Of a stretch of 64,000 bases of DNA, positions 56,051 to 64,000 are shown in pieces. Made by a program: the position numbers and the translations under genes. The DNA is taken from the NCBI GenBank assembly GCA_012441205.1, contig GCA_012441205.1_4705.1. One strand, 5' to 3'. The stretch is from a phage. Every line of letters starts with the position of its first letter. Within the stretch, counting starts at the first letter, position 1. The notes under the pieces are model-generated. The model had not been told where the DNA came from. It searched no databases and saw only the letters and a list, made by a program, of their open reading frames with translations.

Positions 56051-56578
56051 TTATACCCAATAGTCGGCAAGCGGTTTTACCTTATTAATGGGCAACTGTA
56101 CTTTACCGATGTTCTCTACATCCGCATCAGCGTAGAGAACAATTTTATCACCGTCTCTTTCCCAACGAATAATGAATCGACCAGGAAGAAGATTACTCTG
56201 TTCAAGAGACGCAGTAACCTGTTGTGTTAAAACAGACAACCAAGCAGGCATCAGTGTTGCAACATCTAAGTCATTTGACCATTCAGCGCGTTGCTCCACT
56301 GGACGTAACATACGTTCGACGGTGCGTTGAACTGTTGCGGTGATATAGCCTTTATCTTCGTCACTGATTGGATCAGGACGAGACACAAAACGTTCAGCAG
56401 GCTTGTGGGTAATATATTCATGCAAATCGATGAGTGGTGTTGTCATAGTACTCGCTCCATCAGAATGTAATTGGGTAACCCGTAGGGTTGTCTGCATGCT
56501 ATTCAGCAGCGCAAAAGCGCCATAAACAACAACGATACCAAGTATAGCCAAAACAGAAATCATTAACGTGTATTGCAT
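56051..56578 (-). CDS. hypothetical membrane protein (N-terminal transmembrane anchor)
   Basis: ATG at 56578 (MQYTLMISVLAILGIVVVYGAFALL...) with GGGGAG 6 nt upstream; 175 aa. Confidence 0.45.
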   Translation of the reverse strand: MQYTLMISVLAILGIVVVYGAFALLNSMQTTLRVTQLHSDGASTMTTPLIDLHEYITHKPAERFVSRPDPISDEDKGYITATVQRTVERMLRPVEQRAEWSNDLDVATLMPAWLSVLTQQVTASLEQSNLLPGRFIIRWERDGDKIVLYADADVENIGKVQLPINKVKPLADYWV

Positions 56579-56679
56579 TGTCATCTCCCCTACATACGCA
56601 TCTTGAAGATCGGTTAAAAACAACAAAAGAAAAAACGATATAAAGCAAGGTCCTCTGATATCAGAGGACCTTGGATCAA

Positions 56680-57336
56680 TTAGCTTGCAGCTTCTTCATT
56701 TGTATCAGGTTTGCTTCCCCCTAACAAACCGTCAAACAGACCCGTATGTTTCAGGTAGAAGAGAGCGATAGCGCCCATTGCTGCTGCGCTCGTCGCCGTT
56801 AACGCAACCCCGGCACGATACTGCCATTTACGGTCAGGCTTTTGATCAAGAGCCATACGACGCATGTATTCAGCCTCTGCTTCATTCCGATGAATTTCGG
56901 ATTCAGCCAAGCGGGCTAAGGTATCGCGGTCAAGGTTATCATAACGTACGTTCATGGTGGTTTCCTCTTGTTTGGAAGTTGATTGCTTAGTGGATTCTTG
57001 GTCAACAGTCGTTTCAGATGGTTCAAACGGCTGGTTGTTCATTTTCTGATCTTTATTGGTCATGATAGACTCCTTCGATTTTTGAGACGAAATTGATTTA
57101 AACCATCGTGGATGGCGGTATTCAGTTTTACATGTGCAGTTAAGTTTCTCGTGCAGGAAAGCGTAAAAACGTTTTGCGCCTACACGTAAGGCTTTCAGCA
57201 TTACCCATCCACGAGCACTCAAACGGTGTAGCTGTTGCGGTATGTCGAGTTTCCTAGCCAAGCGAAAGTATCTTTCAATCACTTCGATAGGAAACCATTG
57301 TTGTTCCACATCGGTGAGACTGAAAGTCTTATCCAT
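56680..57336 (-). CDS. hypothetical protein with C-terminal transmembrane segment; alternative internal start at 57063
   Basis: 218-aa ORF from the ATG at 57336 (weak RBS, about 30 nt after the promoter motif). The in-frame ATG at 57063 has a strong GGAG RBS 7 nt upstream and would give a 127-aa tail-anchored protein (C-terminal ALTATSAAAMGAIALFYL). Confidence 0.45.
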   Translation of the reverse strand: MDKTFSLTDVEQQWFPIEVIERYFRLARKLDIPQQLHRLSARGWVMLKALRVGAKRFYAFLHEKLNCTCKTEYRHPRWFKSISSQKSKESIMTNKDQKMNNQPFEPSETTVDQESTKQSTSKQEETTMNVRYDNLDRDTLARLAESEIHRNEAEAEYMRRMALDQKPDRKWQYRAGVALTATSAAAMGAIALFYLKHTGLFDGLLGGSKPDTNEEAAS

Positions 57337-57367
57337 GATTGAAATCTCGCTGGCTTACTTCACTTAA

Positions 57368-57378
57368 GTAATATAGCC
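57368..57378 (-). promoter_or_regulatory. putative phage promoter motif (GGCTATATTAC on minus strand)
   Basis: Plus-strand GTAATATAGCC, about 30 nt upstream of the ATG at 57336. Confidence 0.4.
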
Positions 57379-57486
57379 GTGAAAAATGTTGGATTAAGTT
57401 AAATACCGCAACCGCAGCTAATTTTATAGGCTTTTAGCCTAAACCAATCATCTTCGGAATCATCATCTTTGAAACAGGAATCTATC

Positions 57487-58308
57487 ATGGAAAAAGTATT
57501 TGTTTGTAAGTTGTTTACCAACGGCAATAGCCAACCAATGTATCTGACCGATCCTGTTCTAGGTAATCGGAACAGTACCGTATTCAAAGAGGCTTTCGAA
57601 TACGCTAAAAATAAAGCCGTGAGAACACTGACGTCTGATGACTGTATCAACGGTATCACGTGGGCAGAGTTAATCGGTGATGCCGTTCGACACTTCGTTC
57701 GGGATGCGAGAAAACGGGAAATCTGTCTCACGACTATTGTTGTGCGTGAAAACGCAGAAATTTTATCAAACGTTTTGGTTGATTTTAATGACGTTTGTGT
57801 GTTTAATCCAGAGAACACGTTTGAACAATACCTTACTGCCCTGAACAACCAGCTCGGTAAAGATATTCATCCCGAATTCGCCAAGTTAACATATCAGTTA
57901 CTTTTTGACGACGTCGATCCAAATACGAAGATCGATACCAGCTTATCGCCCCTGGTAAAGAAATACGGATCGGTTCTCGCTACGGCAACACCCACCACCG
58001 ATGGTGGTTATGATATCGAATTGGATGATCCATTAAAAGAACAAGAGCCTACTGGGGTTAGGGCGGTACATCACAACCTCGTCGTTAAATCTGATGGATG
58101 CGATGAACATTACGCTATGATAAACGATGAAAACAATTACCGTTTAAGTCAAGCGATTGGTGTTCTACGCTATACCGAACCCACTGTTGTAGACGATTAT
58201 ACATCGACAACAACGCACACCACGTGTTTCATTTTCATCTATCCCAATGAAAGTGTGTACATTACCGACTGCTATGGCAATACCGTAGATAGCTTACGTC
58301 GTTATTGA
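57487..58308 (+). CDS. hypothetical protein (273 aa)
   Basis: ATG at 57487 (ORF-track start 57469 is a TTG); followed by a classic terminator. Confidence 0.5.
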   Translation: MEKVFVCKLFTNGNSQPMYLTDPVLGNRNSTVFKEAFEYAKNKAVRTLTSDDCINGITWAELIGDAVRHFVRDARKREICLTTIVVRENAEILSNVLVDFNDVCVFNPENTFEQYLTALNNQLGKDIHPEFAKLTYQLLFDDVDPNTKIDTSLSPLVKKYGSVLATATPTTDGGYDIELDDPLKEQEPTGVRAVHHNLVVKSDGCDEHYAMINDENNYRLSQAIGVLRYTEPTVVDDYTSTTTHTTCFIFIYPNESVYITDCYGNTVDSLRRY

Positions 58309-58314
58309 TTATCG

Positions 58315-58345
58315 AGCCTGTCCTTCGGGGCAGGCTTTTTATGCT
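58315..58345 (+). terminator. rho-independent terminator
   Basis: 9-bp stem AGCCTGTCC / GGGCAGGCT with TTCG loop, followed by TTTTTATGCTGTT. Confidence 0.65.
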
Positions 58346-58411
58346 GTTAAATATCAGGAATAAGAATTAACAAAATAGGAAAATGGTGTGTATATAACAC
58401 AAAGGAGGGAG

Positions 58412-58534
58412 ATGATTATGTTACTCATTCTAATGGAGAGAGCATTGCTGGCGGGTATCTGCGCATTCTCTGTTAAACACGCTGTTGCTATCATGGCTGA
58501 AGAAAGGCGTAATACGCATAATGTATTACGCTGA
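58412..58534 (+). CDS. small hydrophobic protein (38-40 aa) not in ORF track
   Basis: AAAGGAGGGAG RBS (58401-58411), then ATG at 58412 or 58418. Translation MIMLLILMERALLAGICAFSVKHAVAIMAEERRNTHNVLR-stop, with a hydrophobic N-terminal half and basic C-terminus. Preceded by TGTATATAACAC and a TTAACA hexamer about 18 nt further upstream. Confidence 0.4.
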   Translation: MIMLLILMERALLAGICAFSVKHAVAIMAEERRNTHNVLR

Positions 58535-58644
58535 AAACACTGTGTGCATTAGTGTATGACGAGAAATCGTCGAGGCCCCCGTCTTCACGAGGGCCAACAC
58601 CTATGCATGATTATTCATCGTCTGTTAAACAAAAGGTTATAAAC

Positions 58645-58953
58645 ATGAGCAATTTGAACGTTGAATTTACTTCAACAACGCCTGTCATGAATGGTGTTGG
58701 CACTGAAACCAAAATCGTATTAGAACCCATTCCAGGGTTACGCGATCTCGGTGATTTTTATCCACTGATGCCGCGTATACGGAAGGCCTTAAACAGTATC
58801 GATCTTGATTCCAATAAAGATTTCCAACACGATACAGAAAATACCGATCATGTATTGCTGCCATCAGGGATCGCAAAATTCACCTACACGCAAACATTGA
58901 AAGCCTCTGATGGTGAAATCCGTCGTTTTATCGTTGAAGTAGAAAGCGCATAA
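58645..58953 (+). CDS. hypothetical protein (102 aa)
   Basis: ATG at 58645 with AAAAGG about 9 nt upstream (ORF-track start at 58552 looks too early). Confidence 0.45.
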   Translation: MSNLNVEFTSTTPVMNGVGTETKIVLEPIPGLRDLGDFYPLMPRIRKALNSIDLDSNKDFQHDTENTDHVLLPSGIAKFTYTQTLKASDGEIRRFIVEVESA

Positions 58954-58957
58954 AAAC

Positions 58958-58989
58958 CATCCTCCCAACCCGTAAGGGAAGGGAGGATG
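58958..58989. terminator. bidirectional hairpin terminator (conserved family, inverted orientation)
   Basis: CATCCTCCC-AACCCGTAAGGGAA-GGGAGGATG; followed by AAATATGCCGTT on the plus strand and by GTTTTTATGCGCT on the minus strand. The loop is close to the reverse complement of the loops at 41949 and 54812. Confidence 0.55.
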
Positions 58990-59006
58990 AAATATGCCGT
59001 TAAACG

Positions 59007-59636
59007 TTATTCAACAAACCCTGCATTCAACAGATTGTCGTAAACACGATTAGCGACATCAACAGGAGAATGTGTGTTACTGGTATCTATACGCAGCGTT
59101 TTCGCGTCGCCGAGATAGTCCATAAAATCCATGTAACGATAACGTCGTTTATTGAATGTCGCTTCATCGATGTTATCAAACATCTGATGTTTAGCGTGAC
59201 GAACACGGAACCGCCTTAAATACGTAGGATAGTCGATATCCAGATAAACATAGTAAGACGGCATGATAATCGACGGTAGGTTCGGCAACAATGCGTCAAA
59301 CAACTTAACGTTGGCATCATTAACCTGATAAACATACGTCGAAGCAATCGAACGATCGCTAAGCACAGTCTTCCCTTCGTTAAGGGCTGGATGAATCACC
59401 TTGTTGAAGAGATGATTACGTTGCGACATCATCGCCAATAGTTCAGTTTCTGGATCGAATCTGTTCGTTGGTGTCTGATCTTCCAGGATAAGTTTACGAA
59501 TGGCTTCTCCGTAGAGCGTACCACCGGGTTCACGTACGACACAGACGTTGTTTAAACGACTGTGTAAAGACGAGATAACCGAACTCTTTCCTGAATAATC
59601 CAGACCTTCAATAACGATATATTTATTACGAGACAT
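59007..59636 (-). CDS. tmk: thymidylate kinase
   Basis: Start set to the ATG at 59636 (GGAG RBS). YIVIEGLDYSGKSS (P-loop), REPGGT and IHPALNEGKTVLSDRSIASTYVYQ match the Tmk P-loop, REPGGT and DRY/lid regions. Confidence 0.85.
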   Translation of the reverse strand: MSRNKYIVIEGLDYSGKSSVISSLHSRLNNVCVVREPGGTLYGEAIRKLILEDQTPTNRFDPETELLAMMSQRNHLFNKVIHPALNEGKTVLSDRSIASTYVYQVNDANVKLFDALLPNLPSIIMPSYYVYLDIDYPTYLRRFRVRHAKHQMFDNIDEATFNKRRYRYMDFMDYLGDAKTLRIDTSNTHSPVDVANRVYDNLLNAGFVE

Positions 59637-59652
59637 TCCCCGCTCCAATTAA

Positions 59653-60879
59653 CTACTTCGTTTTCGCCGTTATCGGCTGCGATACTGTAATCTCGACCCG
59701 ATCGACATCGGTACGTTTAACGATGATAAGGCTGCGTTCATCACCGAATGGTTCTGAGATCTTACAAGCCTCTTTAAGATTTTCGAGAATCGTGCCATGG
59801 GGTTCAAACACCGCAAAACCGGAACTAGCGTCGATTCTTATTAAATATACACGCACATTGTTTACGGTAATGGTGTCATCCGTCTTGAACCCACAGCAGG
59901 AGGGTAGACAGAACTGACCATTAACGCAATTAGCTAAGTATGCCTCACCACCGAACATTTCTATTAACGTCACCGGTTTAAATGTTTTCTCTGGGAAAGC
60001 ATTATTAAGAATATCGTTTCCATTCACAAACCAGATCGTTACTTTATCTTCGGAATACGCTAGTCTGTATGGTTGGGTTGCGGACGCCTGCGCTTTATGC
60101 TGGTTAAATAACTTTGATTTTGTCGCAATCACAGCACGACCTTGGGCGTCAAAGTACAGAACTTCATACCCAACACATCCGATAAACACGCGACGGTTAT
60201 TAAGTTCCGGAATTCTGACTACTAACGCATTACCATCTTCCGTCGGTGTAATACCACGTAGGATGATAGATTCGTTGTTCAATGTTGAGTTGCTCACGAT
60301 GACGCTTCGCATTACCGCTGGCGACACTATTTCATCTGCTGCAGGTTCAAGTTGCTCCGCTGTTACAGTCACGGATCTGTCTTCCTTTTCAACTGGCCAG
60401 TTGAAAAGGATTGTTTTATTAAGACAAACAATTGGGGTAATTTCGCCGATACTCCGTATCTTGACTGAGGGGCAATTGCACACATACGGAACAAAAACAT
60501 CAATATCGTTGGTCGCTTCTTCAAGCATGCTAGCATACGCCATTGCTTCGGGACGATCGGTGAGATGAATAACAGCATAGACGATATCGTCTTTTAACCA
60601 CGCACGTTTCACTCGTCCTATAACACGATTGATGTCTACAATAACTCTCTGAGCTTTCATCTCCCATTTTACTGCATCAGTACCACCCGCAACCACGTTC
60701 GGTTTATCCGTGTTTACACGATGAAGGAAACTATTGATTATTTCCTCATCGATCTGGATATCCTTTCTCGCAAAATTCAACAACGGAATAACGAACTCAT
60801 TGTTACCGCACTTCTCTGCTCCGCGAATGATAGGAGTACACTTCTTGTTCTCATCTGATCCCCAGATAACTTTAGTCAT
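59653..60879 (-). CDS. hypothetical protein (408 aa)
   Basis: Start set to the ATG at 60879 (GAAGGAAA RBS); Cys-rich in places; no nuclease or phosphoesterase motif recognised. Confidence 0.45.
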   Translation of the reverse strand: MTKVIWGSDENKKCTPIIRGAEKCGNNEFVIPLLNFARKDIQIDEEIINSFLHRVNTDKPNVVAGGTDAVKWEMKAQRVIVDINRVIGRVKRAWLKDDIVYAVIHLTDRPEAMAYASMLEEATNDIDVFVPYVCNCPSVKIRSIGEITPIVCLNKTILFNWPVEKEDRSVTVTAEQLEPAADEIVSPAVMRSVIVSNSTLNNESIILRGITPTEDGNALVVRIPELNNRRVFIGCVGYEVLYFDAQGRAVIATKSKLFNQHKAQASATQPYRLAYSEDKVTIWFVNGNDILNNAFPEKTFKPVTLIEMFGGEAYLANCVNGQFCLPSCCGFKTDDTITVNNVRVYLIRIDASSGFAVFEPHGTILENLKEACKISEPFGDERSLIIVKRTDVDRVEITVSQPITAKTK

Positions 60880-60912
60880 TTTCTGTTTCCTTCTTGGGTT
60901 TTGCACAAGTTT

Positions 60913-61527
60913 CTAACGGCGTTTTGTACCGACCTTCCCATTTCGATGGTCATCAAGAATACGCCATTCTTCGAACAGGAGTTCGGCTGCGAAATAACCT
61001 ACAGCGATGCTGTCTATCGCATGCTCATCAAGATTCGCTAACACAACACCGTTTCTGGGTGTGATGTTCATGAGGTTCAACACTTTCTGGCGAACATCGT
61101 CCTTACCAACACGGGACGTCATAATCCCAACAGCGCGTTTTGCGCTTCGGTTATCAACCCCTAAGAAAGATACCGTAGGATCAAAATCGATAACCGTTGT
61201 ATGAATCGCTGAAAACAGCTCGCTGAGCGCCATACCGCTTTGCTTGAAACGACCGATGAATGGCGTCTCACAAGCGACCGCTTGCGGCTGGTACTCTTGC
61301 AATAACGTTGTCAGTGAACGACGGTGTTCTTGGATACGTGCGGCACGATTACCGTATCCAAGCGCAATATCGCCATCGGGATCATATCGACGTGAAGCGT
61401 GCCATGTCCCTGCATACAGCAGTTCAATATCTTCGACACGCACGTCCAAACGTAGTAACGACGCACCGAGTGTATCGGTGCCAGGGTCGATTGCCAGAAT
61501 ATCGTAAGCGTATTCTGGTGGGATCAT
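60913..61527 (-). CDS. RuvC-like Holliday junction resolvase
   Basis: Start set to the ATG at 61527 (ATGA overlap with the upstream stop). ILAIDPGTDTLGASL, QPQAVACETPF, KRAVGIMTSRVGKDDV and DEHAIDSIAVGYF parallel RuvC ILGIDPGSRVTGYGV, QPDYFAIEQVF, KQTVVGIGSAEKSQV and ADAADALAIAITH. Confidence 0.8.
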   Translation of the reverse strand: MIPPEYAYDILAIDPGTDTLGASLLRLDVRVEDIELLYAGTWHASRRYDPDGDIALGYGNRAARIQEHRRSLTTLLQEYQPQAVACETPFIGRFKQSGMALSELFSAIHTTVIDFDPTVSFLGVDNRSAKRAVGIMTSRVGKDDVRQKVLNLMNITPRNGVVLANLDEHAIDSIAVGYFAAELLFEEWRILDDHRNGKVGTKRR

Positions 61528-62339
61528 GGTGTTACAACAGCCTCTACTGACCATGGGAAGGTTTTCGCAACAACACCTTCCAGGAAGCGTTCAACTTCCG
61601 ATTGCTCATACACCGAAAGCTTTTCGAACGGCGTTTGGTCTTCGGTTAAACCTATCGCGTGAATAGGACCCAGGTCTTTAACCAGAGTGACTTCGCCTTT
61701 AACGCCTTCGCGTTTAACGATGATCGCATGATCATTAACCTTGGGATCATACAGCACGCGCATCATGGTTACCGCGTCATCCGGTTCATGACCGAAATCG
61801 ATGGCAACACGAGCATTCGTCCCTTCATCATCCAGAAGCTTGCTCAGCGCTTTACAACGGTCTTCAATCCAATCCAACGCAACCACGGTTTCTTGGCGTA
61901 GCTGAACCTCAACTTCTTTTCCTTGTTCGTCGATACGTTTCACGGTAACAAAATCGTGTAATAGGCGGTCAGGAAGGAGGGAAGCAATAAGCTCAATGTT
62001 GGGTTCAGGTTTTTCGTTTTCCAGAATGATGGTCGCTTGTGCGTCCAGATGTTCTTTAAAACGGATGTAGCGCGTTAATCGCAGAACTTCATCTTGGGAT
62101 TTTGCGTCTTCGGGAATAATCTCCGTCATGACGTTATAAATCTTTTCAGCGAACGTCGGAATTACGGTGATTGTAATTCGTGCTGGTGTACCACGCTCCT
62201 GGTACTCATCGGCTAACTTCTTCGCCATCCCGTTAAAGTAGGTCTGGAGAAACGGTTGCTGCGTTAAAAACATTTTCTCCAGATCGGAATAGCGATGCTT
62301 GCGTGCATGGCCTAGCTTCTTCATGGGTTTTTTCATCAA
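61524..62339 (-). CDS. hypothetical protein (271 aa)
   Basis: Lies between the SbcC-like and RuvC-like genes; lacks the metallophosphatase motifs expected of an SbcD/Mre11 partner. Confidence 0.45.
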   Translation of the reverse strand: MMKKPMKKLGHARKHRYSDLEKMFLTQQPFLQTYFNGMAKKLADEYQERGTPARITITVIPTFAEKIYNVMTEIIPEDAKSQDEVLRLTRYIRFKEHLDAQATIILENEKPEPNIELIASLLPDRLLHDFVTVKRIDEQGKEVEVQLRQETVVALDWIEDRCKALSKLLDDEGTNARVAIDFGHEPDDAVTMMRVLYDPKVNDHAIIVKREGVKGEVTLVKDLGPIHAIGLTEDQTPFEKLSVYEQSEVERFLEGVVAKTFPWSVEAVVTP

Positions 62340-62357
62340 CAGAAATCCTTATTTGTC

Positions 62358-64000
62358 TTAAATAATCGTGACGTGTTCGTTATATGTTTCAGGGAGAATG
62401 ATGTTCGTTTTATCAAGAACCATACACTCGGCTTTACGGAATGATGCATGGTTGATCACATAGTGACTGATGAACCACACCTGGCTTACGCGGTGACCAT
62501 CAACCAGACGACGAACAAAATCCATGGCATTAGATTGGTGCTGCGGATCAAATGTTGATGCGAATTCATCTAACATCAACGGATAATCCGTAAACCCCTT
62601 GTAATGCATCATCGCGATGATGAACGCGATATTGATAATTTCCTTTTGTCCCTTACTCCCATAAACAATATCTTTTCGCGGTGTCGGATACTTCTCAGTT
62701 AAAAGCGGAAAACGATAGTTCAATCCTTGCGCGTCGATAGCACACGGGAGTATCTGAAGTTGGTATTCCCAAATACTCGCAATGATGCCGTTCATGTACT
62801 CAACGAACGCGTTGATGGGACCCGCAATTGTTTCGGCAATCAGTCCGTTGGATGGACTCAACTCATCCAGAACAAGTTGTGCGTAACTGAGCTGTTCTTC
62901 CACCTCTTTTTGTGTCGTTTCCAACTGAGCCAGAAGCTGCTGGTCGGTTTTAGCTTCCTGTAGTTGCTGTTCGACATGACTTATTCGGCGAACTGTATCA
63001 GACATCGCAGCACGTAACGATTTCGTGTAGAGGTGTTGCAGATACTCTAACCACAGTTGCGTTAACGCTTTATCGCTGTTATCAGAACGTACCTGATCTT
63101 CCATAATCGCCGTAATGGTTTCCAATCTACCTTCCGTAGCTGTGATGGCTTGTGTTAACCGCTCAACGGTTGTTAACAACTCTGTCCTGTTCTTATAAAG
63201 CAATTCTCGACGTTGCTGTAACGGTTCAACATCAACCGCTTGTACACGTTCGAGCATGCCTTGAAGATGTTTACGTTCTTGTTCGGCTTGTGTATAACGT
63301 GCGAGTTTCTCGAATGCAAGCAACCAATCATTAATGATTCCAATGCTGCGGAATCCTAATCCGTTTTTACGTCCTTCTTCCAGCAGATTGTCCCACATGG
63401 GTTTAATGGCGTAATAATCCTTCGTCCAACGTGTTAACTGACGATGTTGTTCCATCCAGAGCGTATAACGCTGAACCTTCTCGCTAAGCTCAGCTAACGA
63501 TTTCTCTTGTTCTTCAACCCAAGCACGGCCTTTCTGAATGCGTTGTTCAATACTCGCTTTGCTGGTCTTTTCCGTTTCACCAACATGAAAGCGATAATTG
63601 CATTTTGGACAGCTGGTCTGGGGTTGATGATTCAGATGGTCGAGATGCGCTTCCAAATCGGCTAACGCATGTTTCGCGTTACGCAAACGCATTCTTGCTG
63701 CCTCTTCCTCCTTGATGTAAGCTTCAGCATCGTAAACATGATAGGTGTTGTCGGTATCAATCCATTCTTGCAATAGTTCCGTTAACGGAGCCTGAACTTG
63801 TGTGAGCTGTTGTAAACAAACCGCAGCGTCCAGATTCATCGTTAAAAGCTCACCTGGATGATCTTGCTGAAGTTGTTCGTCCAAACATGCAATGCGGGCT
63901 TTAATTTGATCGATATCACCTTCGCCAGACTGTTTCAACTGGTCAAGGATATTATCGATACCCAACAGCTCGTCAACCTGACTTTCGAGTTTTGCATTCG
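62358..64000 (-). CDS. SbcC/Rad50-like SMC-family ATPase, 5'-partial (N-terminal Walker A lobe lies beyond the window)
   Basis: C-terminal ABC lobe: degenerate signature motif YGSKGQKEIINIAF, Walker B LMLDEFAS, H-loop VWFISHY; long coiled-coil region with a CPKC zinc-hook-like motif. The reading frame is open to the window end. Confidence 0.7.
   Translation of the reverse strand, partial: NAKLESQVDELLGIDNILDQLKQSGEGDIDQIKARIACLDEQLQQDHPGELLTMNLDAAVCLQQLTQVQAPLTELLQEWIDTDNTYHVYDAEAYIKEEEAARMRLRNAKHALADLEAHLDHLNHQPQTSCPKCNYRFHVGETEKTSKASIEQRIQKGRAWVEEQEKSLAELSEKVQRYTLWMEQHRQLTRWTKDYYAIKPMWDNLLEEGRKNGLGFRSIGIINDWLLAFEKLARYTQAEQERKHLQGMLERVQAVDVEPLQQRRELLYKNRTELLTTVERLTQAITATEGRLETITAIMEDQVRSDNSDKALTQLWLEYLQHLYTKSLRAAMSDTVRRISHVEQQLQEAKTDQQLLAQLETTQKEVEEQLSYAQLVLDELSPSNGLIAETIAGPINAFVEYMNGIIASIWEYQLQILPCAIDAQGLNYRFPLLTEKYPTPRKDIVYGSKGQKEIINIAFIIAMMHYKGFTDYPLMLDEFASTFDPQHQSNAMDFVRRLVDGHRVSQVWFISHYVINHASFRKAECMVLDKTNIILPETYNEHVTII

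Noticed and set aside
56680-57336. Treating the 218-aa ORF as two separate genes
   Set aside because: Both candidate starts are in the same frame with no intervening stop, so they can only be alternative starts of one ORF; which is used cannot be decided from sequence.
58391-58400. Host sigma70-type promoter (TTAACA, 18 nt, TATATA) upstream of the small ORF
   Set aside because: The match is plausible but an 18-nt spacer and imperfect hexamers make it weak, and a phiKZ-like phage would not be expected to rely on host RNAP; kept only as a note under the small-ORF finding.
61524-62339. 271-aa protein as the SbcD/Mre11 nuclease partner of the SbcC-like ATPase
   Set aside because: No DxH...GDxxD...GNHD/E phosphoesterase motifs are visible; left as hypothetical.
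1-64000. CRISPR array or other regular direct-repeat array
   Set aside because: No regularly spaced direct repeats were seen in any intergenic region; the only recurring elements are the dispersed hairpin terminators.

Overview
The window reads as a densely packed, double-stranded DNA phage genome segment (about 47-48% GC by eye, alternating plus- and minus-strand gene blocks, many start/stop overlaps). Motif-level evidence points to a phiKZ-like jumbo myovirus: a split multisubunit RNA polymerase (a beta-prime-like N-terminal subunit gene and a beta-like subunit gene), a 2221-aa virion protein with a C-terminal GH19 lysozyme domain, a 690-aa putative tail sheath plus tube pair, and a large terminase. 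The most notable feature is a group I self-splicing intron with an HNH homing-endonuclease ORF, which interrupts the beta-prime-like gene immediately before its catalytic DFDGD motif; the short second exon is absent from the six-frame ORF track. Other recognisable genes are an RNase HI fusion protein, a RecA-like ATPase, thymidylate kinase, a RuvC-like resolvase and a 5'-truncated SbcC/Rad50-like ATPase. I also see a family of GC-rich hairpin terminators with covarying stems, a recurring CTATATTAC promoter-like motif, a 20-bp perfect palindrome, a 16-nt poly(A) tract, a small hydrophobic ORF and an operon of small membrane proteins. All calls come from reading the sequence and recalled family motifs; no database search or folding was run, and coordinates of non-coding features are approximate (about +/-2 nt).
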